Assembly: GCA_963665235.2 (NCBI GenBank)
Contig: CAXXLX010000001.1
Location: forward strand, 2,848,001 to 2,912,000
Length of the DNA: 64,000 nt
Direction: 5' to 3'
From: Candidatus Poribacteria bacterium
GTDB taxonomy: Bacteria; Poribacteria; WGA-4E; WGA-3G
Part shown: piece after piece, positions 29,911 through 39,961 of the stretch
How the letters are laid out: the number at the start of each line of letters is the position of its first letter
Numbering within the stretch: the stretch's first letter is position 1
Notes under the pieces: model-generated
Seen by the model: only the letters and a program-made list of their open reading frames with translations
The model's database searches: none
Told to the model about the DNA's origin: nothing
Program-made: the position numbers and the translations under genes

Positions 29911-30828
29911 TTACTCCAACCCCATCGCCTCAGCAAAAATATCCTCAAGTGAATGTCTAACCTCACGTAGTTGGCGAAGTTGGACACCCGTTTCATACGC
30001 TAACTTAAAGAAGAACGTTCCATCTGTCTGTGCCTGTTCACTTGATGTCACGCGAACGTGTCCATCTGGCCGTAGTTCCGTATCGTAAGGATAACGTTGT
30101 AGTGCGGCAACGTATGCATCCCGGTCCCCCACAATTTTCAGATCGAACGCTTGGCCCTGCTGCGCTTTGAGTGCCTCTATTTCTCCCTGTACCACAAGAC
30201 TGCCGTGCGAAAGGGCAATAACGTCTTGGCAGGCATACTCTACATCGGGCAATAGATGAGAAGATAGGATAACATCAATACCTTTGTCGGTTGCAATGTC
30301 CTTAACGAGCTGGAGCATTTCCTCTCTTCCGCTGGTATCCATGCCGTTCGTTGGTTCGTCAAGCAGCAGCAATTTGGGGTCGTGCGTCAAAGCTTGTGCT
30401 AATTTTACGCGTTGTTTCATGCCAGCCGAGTATCCACTTACCGGGCGGTACCGTTCTTCATCTAATCCGACATAATAAAGCACCTCATGTGCGCGTTGCA
30501 TAGCGTCCCGCGCAGGCATTCCGCAAAGTTCACCCGCGTAGGCGACCAGTTGGACAGCGTTCATCCCTGGAATTAAGCAGTCATCCTCCGGCATATAGCC
30601 TACCTGTTGCCGGATTGCCACTTGATGTGTTTGTACGTTTAGGTCGAACACCTTTGCTGTGCCTCGTGTCGGTTCGACGAAACCGAGGAGCGTCTTAAGC
30701 AGTGTGCTTTTCCCCGCCCCATTGGGACCAAGCAAACCGACAGCACCGCCATGCACCTCTAGCGATAGGTCATCCAGGGCGGCGGTTGTACCAAAAAAGA
30801 GTGAGACGTTTTTTATTTCAATTAGCAT
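29911..30828 (-). CDS. ABC transporter ATP-binding protein (ABC-2 type)
   Basis: GPNGAGKS, YSAGMKQR, LLLDEPT, SSHLL. Confidence 0.92.
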   Translation of the reverse strand: MLIEIKNVSLFFGTTAALDDLSLEVHGGAVGLLGPNGAGKSTLLKTLLGFVEPTRGTAKVFDLNVQTHQVAIRQQVGYMPEDDCLIPGMNAVQLVAYAGELCGMPARDAMQRAHEVLYYVGLDEERYRPVSGYSAGMKQRVKLAQALTHDPKLLLLDEPTNGMDTSGREEMLQLVKDIATDKGIDVILSSHLLPDVEYACQDVIALSHGSLVVQGEIEALKAQQGQAFDLKIVGDRDAYVAALQRYPYDTELRPDGHVRVTSSEQAQTDGTFFFKLAYETGVQLRQLREVRHSLEDIFAEAMGLE

Positions 30829-31919
30829 AGCTCTGGATAAATTCGTTTTACGCGTTTCCCTATATTTGTTAAAATTTCGTACGGAATTGTATTGGCTTGG
30901 TCAGCGACTTCATAAATTTTTATCTCGTTATTTCCCTGCTTTCCAATCAGGACAGCTTCATCGCCAACCGAAACGTTATCTGAAAGTGCTAGACGGACCA
31001 CGGTCACATCCATACAGATGCGTCCGATAATGGGGCGGCGTATTCCCCCAATTAACACCTCACCTTTATCGGAGAGGGCGCGCGGGTATCCATCACCGTA
31101 GCCGATTTGTAAACCTGCTATACGTGTCCGCTCCGATGCCTTGTATGTCAAACCGTAGCTCACGCCTTCCCCCGGTTCAATGCAATCTATCCAACCGATA
31201 CGTGCTTTCCATGTAAGGGCAGGTTGCAACTGAATCGGTTTCTCTACCGCGGGATAGATGCCGTATAGACTCAACCCCGGGCGAACTGCATCTAAATGGG
31301 ATTCAGGTATTGCAAGCACTGCTGCGCTGTTCGCCGCATGTGTGAGGGGCATAGTCTTAAAGAGAGGCGAAACGCTGGTAAGCAGAACTGAAAACCGATT
31401 GAGTTGAAGAGAGGCGTAATTTTTATCTATCTCCTGAGCTGTCGCGAGATGCGTAAAAATCCCTTCAATCTCAAGTTGAGGCAGCGTCTGTAAACGCTTG
31501 ATAAACTGCACAGCTTCGGTGTGCCGTACCCCGCTTCGATTCATTCCCGTGTTAATATCAATATGCACCTTTACCTTTCCGACTTCCGCCAATCTTTTCG
31601 CCAGGGGCCAATTGTCAACTGCGGGGGTCAATTCATAAGCGACGATTTCCTCTGCCCACTCTAACAGTGGACTAAATAGGATAAGGATAGGTTTCGTAGT
31701 GCCTGCCTGCCGTAGCGCAATTCCCTCTGCGGTTGTGGCTACTGCGAACATATCGGCAATTGTGTGCAATGCCTCTGCTACACACACAGCACCGTGCCCG
31801 TAAGCATCTGTTTTCACAACAGCGATTAACTGTTTGCCGGTATGCGCCTTTATCGCTTTCGCATTACCTTGAATTGCCTTCAGATCAACCGCTGTATATG
31901 TTTGGATACTCCTGTTCAC
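30822..31919 (-). CDS. alr: Alanine racemase
   Basis: AVVKTDAYGHG, TGMNRSG, HAANSAA, VRPGLSLYG, VSYG, GRICMD. Confidence 0.93.
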   Translation of the reverse strand: MNRSIQTYTAVDLKAIQGNAKAIKAHTGKQLIAVVKTDAYGHGAVCVAEALHTIADMFAVATTAEGIALRQAGTTKPILILFSPLLEWAEEIVAYELTPAVDNWPLAKRLAEVGKVKVHIDINTGMNRSGVRHTEAVQFIKRLQTLPQLEIEGIFTHLATAQEIDKNYASLQLNRFSVLLTSVSPLFKTMPLTHAANSAAVLAIPESHLDAVRPGLSLYGIYPAVEKPIQLQPALTWKARIGWIDCIEPGEGVSYGLTYKASERTRIAGLQIGYGDGYPRALSDKGEVLIGGIRRPIIGRICMDVTVVRLALSDNVSVGDEAVLIGKQGNNEIKIYEVADQANTIPYEILTNIGKRVKRIYPELC

Positions 31920-31936
31920 ACCTATTTCCTGTCGTG

Positions 31937-32686
31937 CTAACGTTGTTCGGACAACGTTCCCTCTGCGCCGATTAACATCAGCCGCTGTAACAACCACGCC
32001 TTCTCTATAACGTTCACGACCTCCAGTGTGAGCGTAACCGTATAACGTCCCGGTGTTTGCAGAACGGAGGAGACATCAACCTCACCTATAATCGGGACCG
32101 GCGCGCCTGGTTGCACCTCACCGATGGAACGGTCCTGGATGAGCGGTGTACCGTTAATAGCAATAGTCAGAAAAGCGCCTGTACGTGCAGCCTCTTGCAG
32201 AATTTCATATCGCAATACCGGTTTCTCACGAAATAACGCAGTCACGTTTAACTGATAGGTCAAAGTTTGCCTGAAGGTGTTGCCTTGCCAATAGCGGTTC
32301 GGTCTTGAAACAATAGCGTGCCCAATAATCACCTCTATCCGAATGTCTTTTCGTGCTGTTGCGGTGCCATCCGTGACTTCAAGTGTAATCGTATAGGTCC
32401 CCGCGGTTTCGGGTGCAGCATAAATAACGTTGCGTCCATCACCAACGATTTTTCCGCCTGTCGTTCGCCACGTGTAGCCGAGTGCGTTTGTATTTCCGGA
32501 GTAATTCACCGTTGCCGTCACATTTGTGGTATCTCCGATATTGAGCGTTTGCGAGTCGGCACTTAGGGTCGTAACCTCAAGTATTTCGTCATCTAAGCCG
32601 AGAAGGTTTTCCGTATCGCAACCTGCTATCAGGCCTATTGTGAAGAGTAGGCAGAGTATATAAAATTGGAATTTCTTAACTTTCAT
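31937..32686 (-). CDS. Lipoprotein with PKD/Ig-like domain (alternative element-derived start at 32716)
   Basis: MKVKK..lipobox IAGC; YTWRTTGG..APETAGTYTITLEVTDG. Confidence 0.7.
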   Translation of the reverse strand: MKVKKFQFYILCLLFTIGLIAGCDTENLLGLDDEILEVTTLSADSQTLNIGDTTNVTATVNYSGNTNALGYTWRTTGGKIVGDGRNVIYAAPETAGTYTITLEVTDGTATARKDIRIEVIIGHAIVSRPNRYWQGNTFRQTLTYQLNVTALFREKPVLRYEILQEAARTGAFLTIAINGTPLIQDRSIGEVQPGAPVPIIGEVDVSSVLQTPGRYTVTLTLEVVNVIEKAWLLQRLMLIGAEGTLSEQR

Positions 32687-32716
32687 CAAAATCTTCGGAT
32701 TGGAAACCCCCAGCAT

Positions 32717-33745
32717 TTATGCGGGGGAGGAAAATCCGCCTTTATAGTTGAAGTTCAAGCGTGTTAGCACTTGAAAATCCGTGCGTTTTGCCCCCGTTGT
32801 TAATCGGTGTCCATCTTTTGAATAGACAGAGAATAGTCCTTTAGCATTAACACCCGCAAGGCGTGTTAATCCGTATTTGTTGTGCTTTATTAATGTGTTT
32901 TTAACAAGTCCATCGCCTAATAAGGTGCCACCATATCGCGGGCGATTGCCACCTTTCTGCGGATTTTGTCTGTGGAGTTGTCGCCTGCGTATCGGTATCG
33001 GTGAGATACAGAATATATCGGTATTGTCGGGTATCTCTAAACCGCCCACGGTGTGATATGCCAAGCACCAACTATCAACGCAATGTGCCTCAAAGGTTTC
33101 AGCTAACTTCTTTGACGACTTGTTGAGACCCAGACGCTCGCGTATCTCTTTGGTTTCAAACCCTTGTATCGTCAGGAGTTCCCATCGCTTTTCTACCTCT
33201 GAATAGAACCAATGCTTGCCCACTTCCAAAGGACTGAAGGCCTGATTCCACTGCTTTTGATACTGTTTTGTCCGCGCCTTAATATCCTCAACACAGACGT
33301 GTGTAACAGGATAGAGTTTAGACAACCAATCTAATATGCGAAGTTTCCAATCCCATCTTGCACGTGTGCCTGCAGGGATACGCTTCCGGTTCGACAGGTT
33401 GTGCTGCTTCTTTTTTCGATTCGGGCATTTCCGTGTGCGTCTGCTTCTCCGCAACGTCCGACGCTTCTCGATTTTCTTTCCAACCTTGTTGTGAGCGTCT
33501 GCTTGCACATTTAGGTAGGTATGTGCCTCGCTCTTGACGGTAAAGCCTTCCTTCTTACTGCCGGGGTCTACGCCTACGCATATCTGTTGGAAGTATCTAT
33601 CCGAAGGGTCGGCGTTAAGGCGCACACAAAAAACGCCATTCTTCCAAAACGGTGTGGCTTTCTTGTCTCGTATCCACTTCCTTGCCCGCGAAGGCTTTGT
33701 CGGCATCAGTGGATTTTGGTTTTTGTCAACGACAGGAACAAACAT
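32717..33745 (-). CDS. isrB: IsrB RNA-guided nickase, copy 2
   Basis: MFVPV..PLMPTKPSRARK, GVDPG, VEDIK, AHCVDS; no HNH; clear paralogue of 18071..19123. Confidence 0.85.
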   Translation of the reverse strand: MFVPVVDKNQNPLMPTKPSRARKWIRDKKATPFWKNGVFCVRLNADPSDRYFQQICVGVDPGSKKEGFTVKSEAHTYLNVQADAHNKVGKKIEKRRTLRRSRRTRKCPNRKKKQHNLSNRKRIPAGTRARWDWKLRILDWLSKLYPVTHVCVEDIKARTKQYQKQWNQAFSPLEVGKHWFYSEVEKRWELLTIQGFETKEIRERLGLNKSSKKLAETFEAHCVDSWCLAYHTVGGLEIPDNTDIFCISPIPIRRRQLHRQNPQKGGNRPRYGGTLLGDGLVKNTLIKHNKYGLTRLAGVNAKGLFSVYSKDGHRLTTGAKRTDFQVLTRLNFNYKGGFSSPA

Positions 33746-33950
33746 AGTTTGTAATTCTCCGTAGAGTTTGTATTTCCCCATCCAGATCGGTATATCAGCG
33801 TTTACATCGGACTTGGGGAGCATCCGAAACACCTTTGTGCACCACCACAGATATACCGATATATTACTGTAGTGAAGAACTTAATCTTTGACAGGGAACG
33901 TGTGGTTACGCTATGTCAAAGCACCCATGCTTTAGCAGGGTGATCTTTAC
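33746..33950 (-). ncRNA. omega-RNA scaffold of IsrB copy 2
   Basis: Homologous to 17857..18070 with stem-preserving substitutions. Confidence 0.8.
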
Positions 33951-33954
33951 TTTT

Positions 33955-34146
33955 TTATACCATAACTTGAAAAAAGCGGTTAACTTTTTTCTAAATGGAA
34001 ACTGTTAGCAATAGGAAGAGGTCTCTGACGCGCACCAAACCGCGGACTATAATCACAACATCTTGCTAATTGCTAATTGCTAATTGCTAATTGCCAATTT
34101 ATATTATACCATAATTTGAAAAAAGCGGTTAACTCTTTTCTAAATG
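33955..34146. repeat. 43-bp imperfect direct repeat flanking a 106-bp insert with (TTGCTAA)n heptamers
   Basis: 33955-33997 versus 34104-34146, 2 mismatches; heptamers at ~34063-34097. Confidence 0.8.
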
Positions 34147-34926
34147 ACCCTGTCCCCGAAATCGCAGAAATAGCAGAATGAAAACAATTGAGTTCACTAA
34201 CAGCATCGTTGAAATAACGTTAAGCACCGGCGTGATACCGAATTTAAGGAGCGAATAGATATGCACCGACAAGGTTGTATACCCAACGCCAGCAGTAAAA
34301 AAGGTAATGACAAAATCATCTATTGAGAGCGTGAAAGCGAGTAATGCCCCGCCAATAATTCCCGGCGCGATGAGTGGTAACGTTATCCGCCAAAACGTCT
34401 GCCACTCCGTAGCACCGAGGTCCAGGGCTGCCTCCTCTATTGTGTTATCGTACCCTTGTAAGCGTGCCCGCACGACGATAGTGACATAAGCGATATTGAA
34501 AACGACGTGGGCAATGATGACTGATGCCAAGCCTAACGGAATGCGGAGCTGCGCGTAAAATGTCAATAACGCAATCGCTAACACGATGTCCGGAATGATA
34601 ATCGGAAGATAAAGCGCGCGGACTAAAACGGTGCGAAACCGAAACCGATATTTTTCTATAGCAAGCGCAGCAGCGGTTCCGATGATAGTTGCAATCAACG
34701 TCGCAAGTCCCGCCACCATCAAACTATTTTTACAAGCACGCCATACATCTTCGTTTTCAAACAACTTCGGATACCACTTGAACGTGAACCCCTCCCAAAC
34801 CGAAATCTGTTCACCGCTATTGAAGGAGAACACGACAACCGCTAAAATTGGCACGTAGAGGAAGAGAAAAACGATGAGTATATTAATTTCAAGAAGCCTT
34901 TTCACTTTCACTCCCTGCCAAAGCAC
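34129..34926 (-). CDS. potC: Spermidine/putrescine ABC permease PotC-like
   Basis: FLYVPI..FSFN, EEAALDLGA, AFTLSIDDF. Confidence 0.85.
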   Translation of the reverse strand: MLWQGVKVKRLLEINILIVFLFLYVPILAVVVFSFNSGEQISVWEGFTFKWYPKLFENEDVWRACKNSLMVAGLATLIATIIGTAAALAIEKYRFRFRTVLVRALYLPIIIPDIVLAIALLTFYAQLRIPLGLASVIIAHVVFNIAYVTIVVRARLQGYDNTIEEAALDLGATEWQTFWRITLPLIAPGIIGGALLAFTLSIDDFVITFFTAGVGYTTLSVHIYSLLKFGITPVLNVISTMLLVNSIVFILLFLRFRGQGHLEKS

Positions 34927-35740
34927 GAAAATATAGCACTGTGCCTACGAGCACAATCCCCATCAGCATGAGGGACAGGGCCGAACCGAACGGTGCATCG
35001 CGTGCAGTTTTGAATTGCCGTTCAATTACGTTCCCTATATAACTCACTTTACCGCCACCGAGTAAATCTGGCGTTAAAAATGCACCGACTGTGGGGATAA
35101 AAACTAACATGGAACCTGCCAAGATGCCGGGGAGGCTGAGCGGGACGGTTACGTGCCAAAAAGCGCGCCGCGACGATGCCCCTAAGTCTTTCGCTGCTTC
35201 TATCAGGGACAGGTCCAATTGCTCCAATGCCGCGTAGAGGGGTAGAATCATAAAGGGTAGGTATCCGTAAACTAAGCCTATCTGCACAGCGAACTGTGTA
35301 TTCAACAGCTCCAGCGGTTGAAAATGTGGAATAAGCAGAGCTAGGAAACTGTTCAGAAGTCCTTCTGTGCGGAGAATCAATATCCATGCATAGGTGCGAA
35401 TCAGAAAGTTTGTCCAAAATGGGATGACTACCAGCAGCAATAACAGATTTCGCCACTTCGGGCGGTAGCGCGCCAAATAGTAGGCAAACGGATAACCGAT
35501 AAGCAGACATATCGCCGTGCAAATGAACGCGCTCCATATCGAACGCCACAATATACCTATATAGAGCCCATCGAACAAGCGTTGATAGTTTTGTAGTGTG
35601 AAGTGCCACCGAACCCCACCATAAGTGCCGCGCTCCAGAAAACTATAGATGAGTATGGATATAAGCGGCAGCAGGAAAAAACAGATAAGCCAAAAGATAA
35701 TCGGAAAAAGCAGGATGAGGAGACGGTAATTACGACGCAT
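34889..35740 (-). CDS. potB: Spermidine/putrescine ABC permease PotB-like
   Basis: IPFWTNFLIRTYAW, YLPFMILPLY, EAAKDLGA. Confidence 0.88.
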   Translation of the reverse strand: MRRNYRLLILLFPIIFWLICFFLLPLISILIYSFLERGTYGGVRWHFTLQNYQRLFDGLYIGILWRSIWSAFICTAICLLIGYPFAYYLARYRPKWRNLLLLLVVIPFWTNFLIRTYAWILILRTEGLLNSFLALLIPHFQPLELLNTQFAVQIGLVYGYLPFMILPLYAALEQLDLSLIEAAKDLGASSRRAFWHVTVPLSLPGILAGSMLVFIPTVGAFLTPDLLGGGKVSYIGNVIERQFKTARDAPFGSALSLMLMGIVLVGTVLYFRALAGSESEKAS

Positions 35741-38729
35741 TTTCCTCTATATGTTGGCGGATGTTGTTCTGTATATTCCACGGGTCGGTGGTTTCGAAAA
35801 ATGTCCACTCTCCAAACTCACGATATGCATTTACGGCTGGAAGCCACATATTTTGGACAGTGTTCACTTTCTGAACCTTATCTTCACGTTGCAACCCAGA
35901 GGTTTCAAGTATTAGGTTGACAGTGTCATCGCTAGAGCTGTCCCCCTGTTTCCGAATGCGAACGATGAAATCCGGAACATATTGCCGGCTTGCTCCGTTG
36001 TGCTCGATGTATGGAATTGTAAAACCCAAATGGTGATTTTTGACGTACGCCTCCACCTCCGGCATCTGCTCTAAGGCTTGCGCGGTTTTCTGTTCCCAAG
36101 AATCTGTATCCGCAACCACATGTGAGATATGACATTTATCTGGGCGCGTCTCCCACGTCGGTTGCGTTGTTTCAAACTCGACATCATCGGTTGAGCCGGT
36201 CCGTTTTTTGTCACGGAAAATGGGGAGGAACGTCTTTGGTAAAGACCCATCTTCAGAATCGCTACTTCGGGCTTGCTCTTCTGCCCTGATAATGGCGTGA
36301 TGAATCCGAGATGCTGCCTTACGCGCAACCTCACCGATATGAAAACAGTGCGGATACATGTTGTCTTTGTAGGTAACACATTCCTTCATCCAGCGGCGTG
36401 TGATATGCAGAACTTGTGGGAAAAGCCACCACTTTGCATCGTCATCATCGTCGAGAAGATGATTCTTCATTACCTCATTGGCGAGATAGTATTCGGTTTG
36501 CTGAGCTCGAAATCGTGTCAGATAGGGTAATTCAACCTCCTGGGTTCCGCCGGTTATGCTCTCAATCTCTATAAGGGACGGGAGCTCCGCAGTAGAGAGT
36601 TCATAGCGGGATGCCTCAGTAAAAATCGCATCGAGCTTATCAGGAGACGACTGCCGGCGATACCCAGCAACGAGCGGAAACGTAATTTCACACGTTGCCT
36701 TCCGTTCTGGAACTGCCTTCACTTCTGTCACAGGCAGGAGAGGGGTCACCCTGCCGCTACCGGTTGCAGGGATAAAGGAGAACGGAACGCCATAGACTTC
36801 AGCATATTCGGGGGGAAACGTCTCCAACGTGAGCTGTTCCCCGTTGATATCAATTGTTGTCTGTTCCACAGCGTGACTGGAGCGGCGCAGCCCTCTGCCG
36901 ACAACCTGTTCGCAGAGCAGCTGCGTGCTAAATGCCCGCACCCCAAGGATATGTGTCACCCGCTTGGCATCCCAGCCTTCACTCAACATTGACACCGAAA
37001 TCACACATTTAATATTTTCACCCAATTTTCCGCGTTTACCGACGGTGTTCATGACTTCCCGCAACAGCTCCGCATCTGTGACCTTCTCCACGTTCATCTT
37101 CTGTTTGAACTGTTCAATTTGGGTTCGGGCAGCTTTTTTAAACTCACCCTTCAATGCCTCCCCTGATTCTAACTGTTTGCTATCGATGAGCAGTGTGTTC
37201 AGCTGGTCGCGCCATGCACCGTTGTCCTCGTTATTAAATATTGGAAGGTTTCCTTTAGCAACTATAGTCTCGCCATCAGTCGTCTTTTTCTCCCACCCGG
37301 CAATCCAGTCGTAAACGAGTTTGGAAACCTTTGTGTTGTTACAAACAACGATCATCACGGGGGGAGTCAACCCGTGTGGCTCCTTGTGCCACAAGTCGTA
37401 CGTCTCTTCGTAATTGGCATAAAGAGCGTGGAGCGCGGTTTCTAATTCTGAGGGCAACTGCGGTTCACCCCCAGAAACTATTTTACTGAGCTTCGGACGG
37501 ATAGTATCCCAAAGCCGACGATAAATCGGATCGCCTCTCATGGTATCGTCAGCGACTGGCACGCGCGGCACTTTCGCAATACCACACTCTATTGCATCGA
37601 TTAACGCAAAATCGGAGACGACCCATGGAAATAGCACCCCCTCACTGAGCTTCTTACCGCTCGGTGTCGTTGTTGAATACCCCGACCCTTTTAGAAAAAA
37701 CGGCGTGGCAGATAAATCGTAAACCTGTTTTATGCCGAGCTTCGCTTTCACGGCTTCAAGTCCGTTTATCCACAACCGCGTTTCGTCCGCTGTAGCTCCT
37801 GTTTTCTCACGTTTTTTGGGACGATAGCAGTGATGCGCTTCATCGTTCAACACAATGATATTTTTCTTTTTTCCGAGTCCGCGGCAAACGCGAACCACCA
37901 TCTCATCGGGTGTTTCTGTGAAATTTTTTGCCGCCTCCTCCCCCAAAACTTGTGTGCCTATTTTGCTTAACTTCTCCTTCTTTCGGCACTGAAACGCATG
38001 ATAGTTCGTGATAACGATTTTCGCTTGACAGAGGGCATCATAGTCATCACTCGGAATCAGCTTCATATTCTTATAGTCATTCTCAGGGTTCTCTGGGTAC
38101 AACACCTGCAGCCGGTCGCGAATTGTTATACCGGGCGTGACGATTAGAAACGCATCTACAAAAAGCGTGCTCCGAGGATTCGCAATTTTATTCAACGTAT
38201 GATACACAATCAGCATCGCCATGACGACCGTTTTACCGCTACCGGTCGCCATCTTAAAGGCTGTGCGGAAGAGCTCTGGATTTGCCTCCGAATTCGCATT
38301 GACAAGCTCTCTGTAAAATGAATCGTTCCGTTGTTTGTTGTCACATTCGTTGAGATAGATGGCTGCCTCTACAGCTTCACGTTGACAGAAATAGAGACGC
38401 GGCTCGTTTTTTGGATTGTTCCAATGCTCTAAAAGTCGTCTGGTTGTGGGGGTTACGCCCGGATAACCGCTGTTCCGCCATGCGGTCACTTGTGTACGGA
38501 CACTATTGATGAACGCATTCGCCTCCCGGAGATCTTGGTCTGGCATTTCAAATCCTATCTGTGATGCCCCAGGCTGCTTTTTCGGTTTCGGAAACGGCAT
38601 GAAGTATTCACTTCTACGTCTCCCCTCAGCGAGCTCTTCGGTGATACCGCGCGCGTTGAATTTGAAGTGACGTTTCGGCTCCTCAAACGGACTGTTGATA
38701 ACGGGGTTGTCTATGCTAACTTTTGACAT
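35730..38729 (-). CDS. Type III restriction endonuclease Res subunit (SF2 ATPase + PD-(D/E)xK)
   Basis: YFCQREA, MATGSGKT, NDEAHHCY, SATP, MLSEGWD, QVVGRGLR, YVPDF..LETSG. Confidence 0.88.
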   Translation of the reverse strand: MSKVSIDNPVINSPFEEPKRHFKFNARGITEELAEGRRRSEYFMPFPKPKKQPGASQIGFEMPDQDLREANAFINSVRTQVTAWRNSGYPGVTPTTRRLLEHWNNPKNEPRLYFCQREAVEAAIYLNECDNKQRNDSFYRELVNANSEANPELFRTAFKMATGSGKTVVMAMLIVYHTLNKIANPRSTLFVDAFLIVTPGITIRDRLQVLYPENPENDYKNMKLIPSDDYDALCQAKIVITNYHAFQCRKKEKLSKIGTQVLGEEAAKNFTETPDEMVVRVCRGLGKKKNIIVLNDEAHHCYRPKKREKTGATADETRLWINGLEAVKAKLGIKQVYDLSATPFFLKGSGYSTTTPSGKKLSEGVLFPWVVSDFALIDAIECGIAKVPRVPVADDTMRGDPIYRRLWDTIRPKLSKIVSGGEPQLPSELETALHALYANYEETYDLWHKEPHGLTPPVMIVVCNNTKVSKLVYDWIAGWEKKTTDGETIVAKGNLPIFNNEDNGAWRDQLNTLLIDSKQLESGEALKGEFKKAARTQIEQFKQKMNVEKVTDAELLREVMNTVGKRGKLGENIKCVISVSMLSEGWDAKRVTHILGVRAFSTQLLCEQVVGRGLRRSSHAVEQTTIDINGEQLTLETFPPEYAEVYGVPFSFIPATGSGRVTPLLPVTEVKAVPERKATCEITFPLVAGYRRQSSPDKLDAIFTEASRYELSTAELPSLIEIESITGGTQEVELPYLTRFRAQQTEYYLANEVMKNHLLDDDDDAKWWLFPQVLHITRRWMKECVTYKDNMYPHCFHIGEVARKAASRIHHAIIRAEEQARSSDSEDGSLPKTFLPIFRDKKRTGSTDDVEFETTQPTWETRPDKCHISHVVADTDSWEQKTAQALEQMPEVEAYVKNHHLGFTIPYIEHNGASRQYVPDFIVRIRKQGDSSSDDTVNLILETSGLQREDKVQKVNTVQNMWLPAVNAYREFGEWTFFETTDPWNIQNNIRQHIEENAS

Positions 38730-38789
38730 TATTTATCCTCCATCTTCATCACCTTTTGCACGTTCTTAATCGCTTTGTAGATGAGCCGC

Positions 38790-39896
38790 TTATCCTGATC
38801 GAGTCGGTTTGCTAATTTTATGGAACACTGTTGCTGCGTCGGTGTTACCGTCAAACCCATGCATCACCATGAATTCCCAGATTTTCTTTCGAGTATCCGC
38901 CTCATTTTTGGCGATGCTAAACCTATGTTCAATCTGTCCGATTGCAGGAGTGATTTGATGCATTGCGTAATCTTCGTTTAGTATTGCAATAATGTCCTCA
39001 AGTTCGGGATTCTCATAGTTCTCAAAGGCTTTCAGGATAGTAGCCCAAATCACCGGATCACTCACCGGGGTCTGCTTCTGTGTCCAATGCACCTGCTCAA
39101 TTTGGTGAGGTTTACACTTATACGGCCGGATTTCGTGAGTGTCTTTTATTTTGACATACCAGATGCTGCCTTCCTCGCCTTTAAACATGGGAGCTTGATT
39201 TTCATCCAGGCCGATGAACGTCAATTGCCTGTCTAGCTCTTTCTGTTCCTGTTCATAATGCCACACATAGTCTTTTTCAACGGTGCCGAGTTGTTCTGCT
39301 TTTGGGATGTCGCCTGCCTCAAGTTCGGTATTCAGCACGATTTGCCCATCCCCTTCGCGCAGCCCGAACAACAAAACGATGTCCAACTTGACATCCTCAT
39401 ATTGGAGCATGTGTGGGTTATCTGACCCATAAAGCTCAAAACTGAAACCTGCGATATCCGGATTCATTCTGAACAATTTGGTAATCTGCGGGTATTTACG
39501 GAGGATATGCTGCCACATTGTTAGGTATCGACCCCGCAAAAACGGAAACAGACGTACTTTAAACGTGATATATTCCATACCCTCGTTTTTATAGCGGTAC
39601 ATAAAGATGTTCGTACCGTCGTATTTACGGAAGCGATAAATCCGTTCCGCGCTCGGAAACCGGTAATTATGCCCTAATCCGAAGGGGTAAGCAATTTTCG
39701 GCGTGCCAAAAATTGGCGGATGGTCAACAACCTCACCATTAATCTTTTTTATCTGCAACGAACCGTAGTGTTTATCTTTGCTGACAATGAGCTGCCCCTC
39801 AAGGTGGTTTTTGGGGTTAAAGGGGTCTGTCGCGCGAAATTCAGAGTAGTCTGAATTGGAAGGTTGCTGTCCTTTGTTTATTTTCTGTTGCTCCAT
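38790..39896 (-). CDS. Putative ATP-dependent RNA ligase (Rnl3/Pab1020-like nucleotidyltransferase); probable frameshift near the 3' end
   Basis: GTPKI, KYDGTN (motif I), FELYGSDNP (III), LFGLRE (IIIa), EEGSIW (IV), YKCK (V). Confidence 0.6.
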   Translation of the reverse strand: MEQQKINKGQQPSNSDYSEFRATDPFNPKNHLEGQLIVSKDKHYGSLQIKKINGEVVDHPPIFGTPKIAYPFGLGHNYRFPSAERIYRFRKYDGTNIFMYRYKNEGMEYITFKVRLFPFLRGRYLTMWQHILRKYPQITKLFRMNPDIAGFSFELYGSDNPHMLQYEDVKLDIVLLFGLREGDGQIVLNTELEAGDIPKAEQLGTVEKDYVWHYEQEQKELDRQLTFIGLDENQAPMFKGEEGSIWYVKIKDTHEIRPYKCKPHQIEQVHWTQKQTPVSDPVIWATILKAFENYENPELEDIIAILNEDYAMHQITPAIGQIEHRFSIAKNEADTRKKIWEFMVMHGFDGNTDAATVFHKISKPTRSG

Positions 39897-39961
39897 TGTT
39901 CTTCTCCAAGGGGCCTAGCGAATTGTCCATTCTAAACTTAGTGCCTATTCGTAGTAGCACA

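Larger units (their letters stand above)
32687..33950 (-). mobile_element. IS200/IS605-superfamily non-autonomous IsrB (OMEGA) element, copy 2
   Basis: Same ends as copy 1: GTAAAGATCACCC ... CCGAAGATTTTG|ATGAA. Confidence 0.8.

Noticed and set aside
33746-33832. N-terminal extension of isrB copy 2 shown in the ORF track
   Set aside because: Lies within the omega-RNA; copy 1 starts at the equivalent MFVPV.
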